DNA of 52,887 bases from positions 1 to 52,887 of the forward strand of contig JAJXWU010000026.1 in the NCBI GenBank assembly GCA_021781425.1, given 5' to 3'. The DNA is from Pseudomonadota bacterium. Lineage in GTDB: Bacteria; Pseudomonadota; Gammaproteobacteria; Xanthomonadales; Rhodanobacteraceae. Numbering within the stretch: position 1 is the stretch's first letter; each line of letters starts with the position of its first letter. The notes under the pieces are model-generated. The model had not been told where the DNA came from, ran no database searches, and worked only from the letters and a program-made list of their open reading frames with translations. The position numbers were made by a program, and so were the translations under genes. Below are positions 17,903 to 29,574 of the stretch, piece by piece.

Positions 17903-18943
17903 GTGAAAAAATCCGACTTCCACTACGACCTGCCGCCCGAGTTGATCGCGCAGGCGCCGCTTGCGCAGCGCTCGGCGAGCCGCCTGCTCGTCGTGGATGC
18001 GCCCGGCAGGGAATTTCTCGATCGCCGATTCACCGATTTGATCGAATTCCTGCATCCGGGCGATCTGCTCGTGTTCAACGATACGCGCGTGTTGCCGGCG
18101 CGGCTCTACGGACGCAAGGAAACCGGCGGCGCGGTGGAAATCCTGATCGAGCGCATCACTGGCGCACACGAAGCCGTGGCGCAAATTGGTGTCAGCAAGA
18201 AGCCGAAAGCGGGCGGCCGCATTCTGATCGAGGATGGCAGCGCGCTGACGGTGCTCGGCCGTGAAGGGGAATTCTATACTTTGCGCCATGACGGCCCCGA
18301 GCCGCTGGAAAAACTGCTGCTGCGCCTGGGCCATATGCCGCTGCCGCCGTACATCGCGCGCGCCGATGATGCGGTCGATGCCGAGCGCTACCAGACGATC
18401 TACGCGCGTGCGCCGGGTGCGGTCGCGGCGCCGACCGCAGGACTGCATTTCGATGCGCCGCTGCTCGACGCGCTGCGCGGCAAGAGCGTGGACTTCGGTT
18501 ACGTCACCCTGCATGTCGGCGCCGGCACGTTCGCGCCGTTGCGCAGCGAGAAGATCGAAGACCACCGCATGCATCGCGAGTGGCTGAACGTCGGTGCGGA
18601 ACTGGTCGAGAAGATTCGCCGCACGCGGGCGCGCGGCGGACGCGTGATCGCCGTCGGCACTACCGTGGTGCGCGCGCTGGAATCGAGTCGGCGTGACGGA
18701 CAGGTGCTGCCCTTCGCCGGCGAGACGCAGATTTTCATCTTCCCGGGCTACCGCATCGCCAGCGTTGATGCGCTGATCACGAATTTCCATCTGCCGGAAT
18801 CCACGTTGCTGATGCTCGTGTCGGCTTTCGCCGGCCGCGAATTGATGCTCGATGCCTACCGTCATGCGGTTGCACAACGCTACCGGTTTTTTTCCTACGG
18901 CGACGCGATGCTGATTTTGCCGAACGGCGCGCGGCCGCGATAA
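17903..18943 (+). CDS. queA: tRNA preQ1(34) S-adenosylmethionine ribosyltransferase-isomerase
   Basis: [41 protein letters not shown] and [10 protein letters not shown]; GTG start at 17903. Confidence 0.97.
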   Translation: MKKSDFHYDLPPELIAQAPLAQRSASRLLVVDAPGREFLDRRFTDLIEFLHPGDLLVFNDTRVLPARLYGRKETGGAVEILIERITGAHEAVAQIGVSKKPKAGGRILIEDGSALTVLGREGEFYTLRHDGPEPLEKLLLRLGHMPLPPYIARADDAVDAERYQTIYARAPGAVAAPTAGLHFDAPLLDALRGKSVDFGYVTLHVGAGTFAPLRSEKIEDHRMHREWLNVGAELVEKIRRTRARGGRVIAVGTTVVRALESSRRDGQVLPFAGETQIFIFPGYRIASVDALITNFHLPESTLLMLVSAFAGRELMLDAYRHAVAQRYRFFSYGDAMLILPNGARPR

Positions 18944-19134
18944 TGCTCTCATTACTTCTTCCCCCGCAGGAGACAAGTAACCGCACGGCACGCTTGCGCC
19001 GTGCGCGAACCGAGCCGGACGACGGGCCGTTATGTGCTGGCGCAGAGCGCGAAGACGATTGCCATCAGAGCAGGTTGTGACGTCGGCGCCGCAGGTGTTA
19101 CCCTAGTGCTACCCGATTGCCGGACATGCGCGCC

Positions 19135-19419
19135 ATGACCACCACTTCCCTGAAATTGCCGGACGACCTGAAGACACGCGCCGCCGCGGCCGCGCGTATC
19201 CGCGGCGTCACACCGCATGCCTTCATGGTCGAGGCCATCCGCGTGGTGGCTGCCGCGACGGAACAGCGCGCAAGCTTCATTGCCGATGCCATGGCCGCCG
19301 ACGCGCAGATGCGCAAGACCGGCAAAGGGTACGCTGCCGACGCCGTACACAAATACATCAAGGACAAGGTTGCGGGCGTTCCCGCGCGCAAGCCGAAGGC
19401 GATGTCTTGGCGCGGTTGA
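19135..19419 (+). CDS. CopG/ribbon-helix-helix antitoxin
   Basis: TTSLKLPDDLK...TPHAFMVEAI RHH pattern; overlaps a RelE/ParE gene; GTGTTACC/GTGCTACC direct repeat just upstream. Confidence 0.78.
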   Translation: MTTTSLKLPDDLKTRAAAAARIRGVTPHAFMVEAIRVVAAATEQRASFIADAMAADAQMRKTGKGYAADAVHKYIKDKVAGVPARKPKAMSWRG

Positions 19420-19708
19420 TCTATGCCGGCAGGGTGATCGAAGACCTCGAACGCTTGGTCGAATTCCTGATCGAAAGCGATCCGCGGGCTGCCGCGCACA
19501 CGGTCGAGTTGGTCGTGGGCGCGTTGCAGATACTGGGTAATCATCCGTTGATCGGACGCAGAGCTAACGAAGTCTTGCGTGAGCTGGTCATTTCGCGCGG
19601 CCGCAGCGGTTATGTCGCGCTCTATCGTTTCGATGCCGAAGCGGACGTGGTACGTATACTGACCATTCGCCATCAGCGTGAAGCGGGATATCCCGGGGAC
19701 GCCGAGGC

Positions 19709-19712
<4 letters not shown>
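19407..19712 (+). CDS. RelE/ParE-family toxin
   Basis: EDLERL..FL...P.AA, HPLIGR, RELVISRGRSGYVALYR and IRHQRE. Confidence 0.85.
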
Positions 19713-21089
<1,377 letters not shown>

Positions 21090-21192
21090 GTCCGGCGCCG
21101 GCTGGGGATGCACAAGCGCCAACGCCATGCCATAATCCGCAGTCTTTTGGCAGGCCCGCCGGTTAGCGGCGGGCGCACAACGCGAGAACTCC

Positions 21193-21525
21193 ATGGATTT
21201 CCTGATTTCCAACGCCTATGCGCAGACAGCCGGTTCGCCGGGCGGCATCGGCCTGCTCGGTTCGCCGATCGTGTTCATCGCCATCATGGTCGCAATGATG
21301 TTCTTCATGTTCCGCTCGCAGTCCAAGCGGCAGAAGGAACTCAAGGCCATGATCGCAGCGCTGGCCAAGGGCGATGAGGTAGTGAGCAGCGGTGGCGTGG
21401 CCGGGCGCATCGACGATATCGGCGAGAGTTTCGTGACCCTTGAAATCGCGCCGAACGTGAAGATCAAGCTGCAGAAAACAGCGATCTCGATGGTGTTGCC
21501 GAAAGGCACCCTGAAATCGGTTTGA
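21193..21525 (+). CDS. yajC: Preprotein translocase subunit YajC
   Basis: Single TM, LAKGDEVVSSGG; synteny tgt-yajC-secDF. Confidence 0.95.
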   Translation: MDFLISNAYAQTAGSPGGIGLLGSPIVFIAIMVAMMFFMFRSQSKRQKELKAMIAALAKGDEVVSSGGVAGRIDDIGESFVTLEIAPNVKIKLQKTAISMVLPKGTLKSV

Positions 21526-21654
21526 CGCGTGCAGCCCCTTGAATCAAAAGGGACGGTCGAACTTTTGCGCAGCGAGAGTTTGATGAGGGTTATGGCCGTG
21601 CGGCTCCGTGATCGAGGACAAATGCGATCGGGCCTTTGTGTAGAGGTTTTGTAG

Positions 21655-23595
21655 ATGAACGATTTTCCCCGCTGGAAATACATTCTCGTCGCCGTCGTGA
21701 TCCTGCTCGGCATCGTCTATGCGTTGCCGATCATTTACCCGCAGCAGCCGGCCGTGCAGATCTCGGCCAACCGCGGCGCCACGGTTGACGCGGCATTGCG
21801 CGAGAAGGTGCTCGGCATCCTGCAGACCAAAAAAATCGCGTTCAAGGACGTTGAGCTCAATGGCGACCGCCTGCTCGCGCGCTTTCCGAATACGGAAGTC
21901 CAGCTGGCGGCCTCCGATCTGATCAAAACCGGCCTCGGCGACAAATACATCGTCGCGCTGAACCTCGCCAGCACTGTGCCCGGCTGGCTGCGCGCGATCG
22001 GCGCCAATCGCATGCCGCTCGGCCTCGACCTGCAGGGTGGCGTGCACTTCCTGATGGAGATCGATCAGAAGGCGGCGCTTGACAAGATGCAGCAACGCTA
22101 CGTCGACGACATCCGCACCGCTCTGCACAACGCCAAGATCCGCTACGAATCGGTCAACCCCGGTGCGCAGGGCATCGTCGTGGTGCTGCGCTCCGACGCC
22201 GACCGCACGGCCGCCGGCAATATCATCGCCAAGGACGTGAACCAGCCCGAAAAGCTCGGTGCGCAACCGCCTCTGGATATCACCGACGGCACCACCACGG
22301 CGACGAGTTTCGCGCTCAACGCACGCATCCGCGAGGCGACGCTGCAGGAACAGCAGCGTTCCATTGTCGCCAGCAACCTGACCACGCTGCGCAACCGTGT
22401 CAACCAGCTTGGCGTATCCGAGCCGCTGATCCAGCAGCAGGGCGCCAACCGCATCGTGGTGGAACTTCCCGGTGTGCAGGACACGGCCGAAGCGAAGAAG
22501 ATTCTCGGTGCGCAGGCGACGCTGGAATACCACGCGAACGACGAAAGCGTGACTGATCCCTACCAAGCGGCGAAGACCGGCATCGTGCCCCCGGATTCGC
22601 GCGTCTACTACATGAATACCAATGGCCCGGACGGGAAACCCATTCCGGTCGTGCTGAAGAAGAAGATCATCGTCGGCGGCGACGAGCTGGTCGACGCGGC
22701 GGCGATTCCCGATCCGACGACCGGCCTGCCGGCGGTATCGGTCACGCTCAACGCGCTCGGCGGCAAGCGCATGCTCGACTTCACGCGCGAGAACGTCGGC
22801 CACCGCATGGGCATAGTTTACGTCGAGCGTATTCCGGAGACGAAGATCGTCGACGGCAAGGAAGTCCATACCGCCAAGATCAACGAAGAAGTCATCAACG
22901 ACGCGGTCATCCAGGGCGTGTTCTCGAACAAGTTCCAGACTACCGGCCTGAGCAGCCTGAAGTCGGCGAGCGAGTTGGCGCTGCTGCTGCGCGCGGGTTC
23001 GCTGGCGGCGCCGGCCGACATCGTCGAACAGAACGTGATCGGCCCGAGTCTGGGTCAGGACAACATCGAAAAGGGCGGCCGCGCCGTGTTGCTCGGATTG
23101 CTCGCGGTGCTGATCGCCGCGGCGCTCTACTATCACCTGTTCGGCCTGATTGCCGACATCGCCCTGGTGCTGAACCTGGTGCTGCTGATCGCGGTGCTGA
23201 GCGTGTTCCAGGCCACTCTGACCATGCCCGGTGTCGCCGGTATCGTGCTGACGCTCGGCATGGCGATCGATGCAAACGTGCTGATCTGCGAGCGCATCCG
23301 CGAGGAATTGCGCAACGGTTCCACGCCGCTGGCGGCGATCCGCGCCGGTTACGAAAAGGCCTGGGCGACGATTCTCGATGCCAACGTGACCCATCTGCTG
23401 GCCGCGTTCGGCCTGTTCGCATTCGGCTCAGGCCCGATCAAGGGCTTCGCCGTGACCCTGGCCATCGGTATCGTGACGTCAATGTTCACCTCGGTCACGG
23501 TCACCCACGCCATCACCAACCTCATCCACAGCGGCCGTAAGCTCAAGGGCTTGGCCGTCGGCGGCGGCCACGCGCGCGCCGCTGCAGGAGCCTGA
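21655..23595 (+). CDS. secD: Protein translocase subunit SecD
   Basis: LGLDLQGG, RVNQLGVSEP, IGPSLG and GMAIDANVLICERIREE. Confidence 0.97.
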   Translation: MNDFPRWKYILVAVVILLGIVYALPIIYPQQPAVQISANRGATVDAALREKVLGILQTKKIAFKDVELNGDRLLARFPNTEVQLAASDLIKTGLGDKYIVALNLASTVPGWLRAIGANRMPLGLDLQGGVHFLMEIDQKAALDKMQQRYVDDIRTALHNAKIRYESVNPGAQGIVVVLRSDADRTAAGNIIAKDVNQPEKLGAQPPLDITDGTTTATSFALNARIREATLQEQQRSIVASNLTTLRNRVNQLGVSEPLIQQQGANRIVVELPGVQDTAEAKKILGAQATLEYHANDESVTDPYQAAKTGIVPPDSRVYYMNTNGPDGKPIPVVLKKKIIVGGDELVDAAAIPDPTTGLPAVSVTLNALGGKRMLDFTRENVGHRMGIVYVERIPETKIVDGKEVHTAKINEEVINDAVIQGVFSNKFQTTGLSSLKSASELALLLRAGSLAAPADIVEQNVIGPSLGQDNIEKGGRAVLLGLLAVLIAAALYYHLFGLIADIALVLNLVLLIAVLSVFQATLTMPGVAGIVLTLGMAIDANVLICERIREELRNGSTPLAAIRAGYEKAWATILDANVTHLLAAFGLFAFGSGPIKGFAVTLAIGIVTSMFTSVTVTHAITNLIHSGRKLKGLAVGGGHARAAAGA

Positions 23596-23598
23596 CCT

Positions 23599-24570
23599 AT
23601 GGAAATCTTCAAGCACGATGCCGCGGTCGACTTTCTCGGCTGGCGCCGGGTGAGTCTGACGATCTCGGCGATTCTGGTCGTCCTGTCGATCGGCGCGATC
23701 CTGACGCGCGGCCTCAACTATGGCCTCGACTTCACCGGCGGCATCCTGATCAGCGTCAAGTACGATCGGCCCGTCGACATCAGCGATGTGCGCAGCGCGC
23801 TGGACACAGCCGGTTTCGACCACGCTATCGTGCAGAGCGTGGGCGGTGCGCGCGAGGTTTCGATCCGCCTGCAGCCCGGCCGCGACAAGGCCGCGGCGGC
23901 CGCTGACAGCGGCACGGTCAAGCAGAGCGACAAGGTCGCCGCCGATGTCATGACCGCACTGAAAGCCAAGCGCAGCGACGCGAGCATGACGCGCGATCCG
24001 GACTTTGTCGGCCCCGAGGTCGGCGCGGAACTGAAGAGCGACGGCGTGACCGCGGTGATCTTCGTCATCATCGGCATCATGATCTACATCGGCGTGCGCT
24101 TCGAGTGGCGCTTCGCCATAGCCGCGATCGCCTCGGAATTCCACGATACCCTGCTCACGATCGGGTTCTACGCGCTCTCGCAACACGAGTTCGACATCAC
24201 CGTGCTGGCTTCGGTGCTGGCCGTGGTCGGCTATTCGATCAACGACAAGGTCGTGGTGTTCGATCGTGTGCGCGAAATTTTCCGCGCCACGCGCAAGGGC
24301 GAACCGGTCGACATCCTCAACAAGGCGATCAACAGCACCCTGTCGCGCACCATCATCACCTCGGTGTTCACGGGCATTACCATGATCGCGTTGTTCTTCT
24401 TCGGCGGTCCGGCGGTGCACGGCTTCGCGCTTACAATGATCATCGGCATTGTGATCGGCACGCTATCGTCGATCTTCTTCGCCAGCCCGATCCTGCTCTG
24501 GCTCGGCGTGTCGAAGAAGGACCTGATGCCGGTGACGCGCGACAATCCCGAGTTGACGCGCCGGCCCTGA
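23599..24570 (+). CDS. secF: Protein translocase subunit SecF
   Basis: GLDFTGG, VGPEVG, GYSINDKVVVFDRVRE and TLSRT. Confidence 0.97.
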   Translation: MEIFKHDAAVDFLGWRRVSLTISAILVVLSIGAILTRGLNYGLDFTGGILISVKYDRPVDISDVRSALDTAGFDHAIVQSVGGAREVSIRLQPGRDKAAAAADSGTVKQSDKVAADVMTALKAKRSDASMTRDPDFVGPEVGAELKSDGVTAVIFVIIGIMIYIGVRFEWRFAIAAIASEFHDTLLTIGFYALSQHEFDITVLASVLAVVGYSINDKVVVFDRVREIFRATRKGEPVDILNKAINSTLSRTIITSVFTGITMIALFFFGGPAVHGFALTMIIGIVIGTLSSIFFASPILLWLGVSKKDLMPVTRDNPELTRRP

Positions 24571-24578
24571 TCTCCCAG

Positions 24579-24661
24579 CCGTTCGCGTTGAGCGTAGTGA
24601 GCGAAGTCGAAACGGCGGCCCTTCGACTCCACGCCTTCGGCGCTGCGCTCAGGGCGAACGG
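24579..24661 (+). repeat. Palindromic REP/MITE-like repeat, copy B
   Basis: Same termini CCGTTCGC.../...GGGCGAACGG; between convergent secF and suhB. Confidence 0.88.
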
Positions 24662-24669
24662 AATCCTGC

Positions 24670-25467
24670 TTAGAGCAGTTCCGGCGTTGCGTTCGCGGTG
24701 ATGACTTTCACCATCGCCGCCGTGAGATGGTGATTGCCGGCGACGAGGTTGCCGCTGGCGGGCATGCCGTCGCGGCCGGCGAAGTCGCAGAAATGGCCGC
24801 CGGCCTCGCGTACCAAGAGGCATCCGGCAGCCATGTCCCAGGGTTGCAGACCCGGCTCGAAATAGCCGTCCAGACGACCTGCCGCGACGTAGGCCAGGTC
24901 AAGCGCGGCCGAACCGGTGCGGCGGATGTCGTCGGCTTCGCGCAACAGCGCGCGCGTGATCGCCAGTTCCGCATCCAGATGCTGATGCTGACGCGGTGGA
25001 AAGCCGGTGCACAGGATCGTGCCGGCGAGGGTCTCGCGCTTGCTCACGCGCATGCGCCGATCGTTGACGAAGGCGCCATCGCCCTTGCTGGCGGTGAATA
25101 GCTCGTCGCGCAGGGGGTCGTAGATGACGCCGTACACCAGATCGCCGTGGTCCATGAAGCCGATCGACACGCAATAGTGCGGGAAGCCGCGCAGATAATT
25201 GTGGGTGCCATCGAGGGGATCGACGATCCAGATCTTGTCGGACTTGCCGGTCTTGCCCGTTTCCTCGCCGAGGATGGCGTGACCCGGATAGGCGCGGCGC
25301 AGCTCCTTGACGATCTCGGCTTCGGCCATTCGGTCGACTTCGCTGACGTAGTCGTGGCGCGATTTTTCCTCGACGTTGAGCCCTTCCACGCGATGGATGT
25401 AGCGCAGAATGACGTTGCCGGCAGCGCGCGCGGCGCGCACCGCGACGTTGATGGCGGGTCTGGGCAT
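24670..25467 (-). CDS. suhB: Inositol monophosphatase family protein SuhB
   Basis: GEE, DPLDGTHN, GSAALD and WDMAAG; divergent from trmJ. Confidence 0.93.
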   Translation of the reverse strand: MPRPAINVAVRAARAAGNVILRYIHRVEGLNVEEKSRHDYVSEVDRMAEAEIVKELRRAYPGHAILGEETGKTGKSDKIWIVDPLDGTHNYLRGFPHYCVSIGFMDHGDLVYGVIYDPLRDELFTASKGDGAFVNDRRMRVSKRETLAGTILCTGFPPRQHQHLDAELAITRALLREADDIRRTGSAALDLAYVAAGRLDGYFEPGLQPWDMAAGCLLVREAGGHFCDFAGRDGMPASGNLVAGNHHLTAAMVKVITANATPELL

Positions 25468-25613
25468 GACGAGTTCCTGCTTTTATTGTCGAAAAGAACA
25501 TGGTGCGGTTGGCCACACCAAGCGGATTTTAGCAGAAGCAGGGCTTCCGCTCGGCTTGCCGCCGCGCGGGTAACTCTCAGAGGCGGAGCTTCCGTCCGTC
25601 CTGCGGATGGCCG

Positions 25614-25645
25614 GGTGACTTCTTTTCTCGTGCAAAGAAGTCACC
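25614..25645. repeat. 12-bp perfect hairpin in the suhB-trmJ intergenic region (second repeat-like element)
   Basis: GGTGACTTCTTT-TCTCGTGC-AAAGAAGTCACC followed by AAGAAA. Confidence 0.55.
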
Positions 25646-25770
25646 AAGAAACACGCGCAGAGCAGAGTCTCCGATGGGAGGTTCTGCACCACAGGACTGC
25701 AAGAGGATGAAAGTTCCACTTGCAACTCGTCGATTCTGTGTTCGAACGGGACACCTGCCATAATTTGCGA

Positions 25771-26547
25771 ATGAGCAATGACGAAATTTCATCCTGCGCA
25801 AGCAACGACATCCGTTTCGTCCTCGTACGCACCTCGCATCCGGGCAACATCGGCGCTGCCGCGCGCGCGATCCGGACGATGGGATTCGCGCGCCTGGCGC
25901 TGGTCGCGCCGCACAGGTTCCCGCATCCGGATGCCGTGGCGATGGCCTCCGGTGCGACCGGCGTGCTGGACGATGCTACCGTCACTCCGACTCTGGTGGA
26001 TGCGGTGTCCGACTGCACGCTGGTGCTCGGTTGCACGGCGCGCGCGCGAGCCGTGCAACTCGAGGAACTGTCGCCGCGTGAAGCGGCCTCACGGGCGCTG
26101 GCCGCCAGCGCGCACGGTCCGGTCGCCATCGTCTTCGGCAACGAGCGTACCGGACTGGAAAACGACGAGTTGATGTCTTGTCACGCCGCGGTGCGGATTC
26201 CGAGCGTCGAGGATTTCCCCTCGCTCAATCTCGCCCAGGCGGTACAGGTGCTGGCTTACGAGTTGCGCCGGACTATGCTTGAAGGTGCGCCGCAAAGCGC
26301 AGGTGAAGCGAAATCCGATCCGCCGGCCACGGCCGAACAGCTTGAGCACCTGTTCGGGCATCTGGCGCAGATGCTCGACGACATCGATTTCCACAAGGGC
26401 CGCTCGCCGGTGACGATCATGAAGCGCCTGCGCCGGCTGTTCCTGCACGCGGCCCTGGATCAGCGCGAGGTGCGCATCCTGCGCGGCATCTTCGATGATG
26501 CGCAGCGCATGGCGCGGCTGGCGAAAACCACCGACCGTTCGCCCTGA
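25771..26547 (+). CDS. trmJ: tRNA C32/U32 2'-O-methyltransferase (SPOUT)
   Basis: HPGNIGAAARA, VFGNERTGL, SLNLAQAV and LRRLF...ILRGI; suhB-trmJ synteny. Confidence 0.92.
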   Translation: MSNDEISSCASNDIRFVLVRTSHPGNIGAAARAIRTMGFARLALVAPHRFPHPDAVAMASGATGVLDDATVTPTLVDAVSDCTLVLGCTARARAVQLEELSPREAASRALAASAHGPVAIVFGNERTGLENDELMSCHAAVRIPSVEDFPSLNLAQAVQVLAYELRRTMLEGAPQSAGEAKSDPPATAEQLEHLFGHLAQMLDDIDFHKGRSPVTIMKRLRRLFLHAALDQREVRILRGIFDDAQRMARLAKTTDRSP

Positions 26548-26627
26548 GCGTAGGCGCATAGCGCCGAAGTCGAAGGGCCTAGCGTTTCGACTTCGCTCGC
26601 GTTGCTCGCTACGCTCAACGCGAACGG
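26535..26627 (-). repeat. Palindromic REP/MITE-like repeat, copy C (inverted; contains the trmJ stop codon)
   Basis: CCGTTCGCCCTGAGCGTAG...CTACGCTCAACGCGAACGG is the reverse orientation of copies A and B. Confidence 0.88.
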
Positions 26628-26634
26628 ATTTTTG

Positions 26635-27960
26635 TCAACCGCTTTCCGCGCCTTCCGAATCCAGCGGCACGCGCATGGCGAGAATCTTGTCCACGCGCGC
26701 ACCGTCCAGGTCGACGACCTCGAAACGCCAGCTGCGCCAATCGAAGTGCTCGCCGGGCCGCGGAATGCGGCCGAATTGCGCGACGACCATGCCGGCGACG
26801 GTGTTGAAATCGTGTTCGCGTTCGGCCGGCAGTTCGGCGAGCCCGAGCAGCTCGCGCAGATCGTCGGTGCCGAGCGCGCCATCGATCAGCCAGCTGCCGT
26901 CGCCGCGCTGCGCGACTTGCGGGCCTTGCGTCGCCGGCACCGGCGCGGCGCCTTGTCCGACCACCGCGCCGAGCACGTCGTTGAGCGTGACCAGGCCTTC
27001 GATGTCGCCGTATTCGTCCACCACCAGTGCCAGGCGCGTTTCCGCGTCGCGGAATTCCTCGAGCAGATCCAGCGCGCGCGCGGTGCCGGGAACGTACAGC
27101 GGTGTCGCGAGTTTCGCGAACAGATCGATCCTCGCATTGCCGAGCATCGCCGGCAGGCGCTTGAGGCTGAGCACGCCGAGTACGTCCTTGTCGCTACCGT
27201 GATACACGGGATAGCGCGAATACGGCGTGTCGCGCATGACCGCAAGGTTTTCCTCGAGCGATGCGGACGCATCCAGCCAGGCGATGCGTGGGCGCGGTGT
27301 CATCAGGCTGTCCACCGTGCGGCCGCCCAGGCGCAGCACGCGATTGACCATGTTGCGCTCGTCGGCGTCGATCACGCCCTGATCGGCGCTCTCGGCCACG
27401 AGCAGGCGGATTTCCTCCTCGCTGACCTGGTCGGCGCCGATGCGATCCATGCGCAGGGCGTGCAGGATCGCGCGGGTCAGCCAGATCAGCACGAACCCGA
27501 ATGGCGTGGCCAGCCAGGTCAGTATGCGCATCGGCACCGCGGTGGCGATGGCATAGCGTTCCGGATTGACCAAGGCGACGCGTTTGGGCACGAGTTCGCC
27601 GAGCAGCATGTTGGCGAAGGTGATCGCCGAAACGCTCAGCGCCACGCCGAATGCGGGCGCGTAGGGCGCGAGCCAGGCCAGGCGCGTGGCGTCGAGCAGG
27701 CGCGCGAAATCCGCGCCGAGCCGCGCGCCAAGTGCCGTGCCGGTGCCGATGCCGATCAGGGTGATGAACACCTGCACGGTGGCGAGGAAACGTTCCGGCG
27801 TCTGCGCCAGTTTCAGTGCGATCTGCGCGCGCCGGCTGCTGCGCGCCAGATGCTTGAGGCGACTGCGGCGCGAGGTCATCAGGGCCATCTCGCTGAGCGC
27901 GAAAAAGCCGTTGAGCAAGGCGAGCAGGACGATGAGGGCGACTTCGACGATCATGCGCAT
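26635..27960 (-). CDS. Hemolysin-family/CNNM protein (DUF21-CBS-CorC)
   Basis: NGFFALSEMAL, GELVPK, MTPR, YSRYPV, VVDEYG and C-terminal CorC domain. Confidence 0.92.
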   Translation of the reverse strand: MRMIVEVALIVLLALLNGFFALSEMALMTSRRSRLKHLARSSRRAQIALKLAQTPERFLATVQVFITLIGIGTGTALGARLGADFARLLDATRLAWLAPYAPAFGVALSVSAITFANMLLGELVPKRVALVNPERYAIATAVPMRILTWLATPFGFVLIWLTRAILHALRMDRIGADQVSEEEIRLLVAESADQGVIDADERNMVNRVLRLGGRTVDSLMTPRPRIAWLDASASLEENLAVMRDTPYSRYPVYHGSDKDVLGVLSLKRLPAMLGNARIDLFAKLATPLYVPGTARALDLLEEFRDAETRLALVVDEYGDIEGLVTLNDVLGAVVGQGAAPVPATQGPQVAQRGDGSWLIDGALGTDDLRELLGLAELPAEREHDFNTVAGMVVAQFGRIPRPGEHFDWRSWRFEVVDLDGARVDKILAMRVPLDSEGAESG

Positions 27961-28015
27961 TTGCGTCGCCGCGCGGGAGGCGGGCGAATTCGCACTGACG
28001 GTGGTGGTGGCGGCA

Positions 28016-28423
28016 TCAGAGTGTGTCGCCGCCGGCCGACATCGCTTTTTCGAGGCGGTCGCCGAGCGGCCCGATTTCGTCGATCAGGCGCATCAATTCC
28101 TTCGCGGTCAGCAGTTCGTACGGCCGGTTCTCGCACAGGTGCAGGTAGGGCGCGCCATCAAGGTCGCTCACGGCGAGATAGCCGACGCGCTGTTCCCAGT
28201 TGAAACGCAGGCAGCGTTTCGCATCCATGCCGGCAAGCGGGCCGATCGGCGTGGATACGCGCAGGAACTTGCGCCCGTCTTCGCCTTCGATCTCGGCCAG
28301 ATACAGGCCCTGGTGGCGGTTACCGCCGTCGAGGGCGAGGTCGAAACAGAGCAGGTAGGGGTCGTTGATGCGCAGCGTGTGGCGTGCCTGGATGCTGGAG
28401 CGGATTTCCTCGAACGAATGCAT
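28016..28423 (-). CDS. Hypothetical protein (possible YbjN/CesT chaperone-like fold)
   Basis: 135-aa ORF with AAGGA RBS and host-like codon usage; the fold call is inference only. Confidence 0.65.
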   Translation of the reverse strand: MHSFEEIRSSIQARHTLRINDPYLLCFDLALDGGNRHQGLYLAEIEGEDGRKFLRVSTPIGPLAGMDAKRCLRFNWEQRVGYLAVSDLDGAPYLHLCENRPYELLTAKELMRLIDEIGPLGDRLEKAMSAGGDTL

Positions 28424-28469
28424 GGCGTTTCCTTTGGAACCTTGCAGCGTATGCTAACGTGTCGTGCCC

Positions 28470-28823
28470 ATGAAGTCAGGCACGGTATCGATTCCATCCG
28501 AACACGCCGCCATCCTGCGCGTGATCCGCGCGATTCCGCGCGGCCGGGTGACGAGCTACGGCGAGATCGCTGCACGTGCCGGTCTGCCGCGGCGCGCACG
28601 CCTGGTCGGGCGCATTCTCGGCGCGTATTCCGCGCTGAAACTGCCGTGGCAGCGCGTACTGCGTTCCGATGGACGCATTGCCTTCGCGCGCGGCAGTCGC
28701 GGCTACCGCGAGCAGCGCGCGCTGCTCGTCGACGAAGGCGTCGTGGTGGCGCATGGCCGCGTGGATCTGGCGCGTTACGGCTGGCAGCGCAATCTCGACG
28801 CCGAGATATGGGCTCCATGTTGA
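28470..28823 (+). CDS. Alkyltransferase-like protein (ATL, MGMT family)
   Basis: IPRGRVTSYGEIA, ARLVG; PWQRV replaces the catalytic PCHRV. Confidence 0.88.
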   Translation: MKSGTVSIPSEHAAILRVIRAIPRGRVTSYGEIAARAGLPRRARLVGRILGAYSALKLPWQRVLRSDGRIAFARGSRGYREQRALLVDEGVVVAHGRVDLARYGWQRNLDAEIWAPC

Positions 28824-28878
28824 GTTTCGTAATGCGCAAGGTTTCGTGCATCATGCGCGCTTTGCCGGACCTTATCCG

Positions 28879-29514
28879 ATGCCACGCCTACCCGCCGTAA
28901 CCCGCGCCCTGCTGATCGCCAATATCGCGATTTTCCTGCTGCAGATGGCCGGCGCGGACACGGCCATCATCGCCCGCTTCGCGCTCTGGCCGCTCGGCCC
29001 GCACCAGCTCGTGCGCATGGCCGATGGCAGTGTGATGTCGCTGGGATTCCAGCCGTGGCAACTGATCACCTACAGTTTCCTGCACGACGGCGTGCCGCAC
29101 ATCGCATTCAACATGCTGGCATTGTGGATGTTCGGCGGGCCGGTCGAGAATGCGCTCGGCGCGCGCCGGTATACGTTTTACTATTTCGCCTGTGTACTCG
29201 GCGCCGCGTTCGCGCAACTGGCGACGATCGCGCTGTTCTCGCCGCAGGATTTCTATGCCACGCTTGGCGCCTCGGGCGGCATTTTCGGCCTGCTGCTCGC
29301 GTTCGCCGTGCTGTATCCGCAGGCGAAAGTGTTCCTGTTCCTGATTCCGGTACCGGTACCCGCGCGCATCGCCGTGGTCGGCTACATGATCCTGGAACTT
29401 TATCTCGGCGTCACCGGCACACAAGCCGGGGTGGCGCATTTCGCGCACCTCGGCGGCGCGGTGGTGGGATTCGCGCTGATTCAGTACTGGCGAGGCAGGG
29501 CCAGACGACGTTGA
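28879..29514 (+). CDS. Rhomboid intramembrane serine protease
   Basis: PWQLITYSFLH, HIAFNM, GASG and AHFAHLGG. Confidence 0.93.
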   Translation: MPRLPAVTRALLIANIAIFLLQMAGADTAIIARFALWPLGPHQLVRMADGSVMSLGFQPWQLITYSFLHDGVPHIAFNMLALWMFGGPVENALGARRYTFYYFACVLGAAFAQLATIALFSPQDFYATLGASGGIFGLLLAFAVLYPQAKVFLFLIPVPVPARIAVVGYMILELYLGVTGTQAGVAHFAHLGGAVVGFALIQYWRGRARRR

Positions 29515-29519
29515 CGCAC

Positions 29520-29552
29520 AAAAAAACGCCGCGGATTCCGCGGCGTTTTTTT
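29520..29552. terminator. Bidirectional rho-independent terminator
   Basis: A7-CGCCGCGG-ATT-CCGCGGCG-T7 between convergent genes. Confidence 0.88.
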
Positions 29553-29574
29553 CACTGACATCTGCAGATCACGA

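Noticed and set aside
28879-29514. Rhomboid as the sorting enzyme for the FxNGF[DE] tag
   Set aside because: The tag has no TM helix to cleave; the gene looks like a housekeeping rhomboid in core context.
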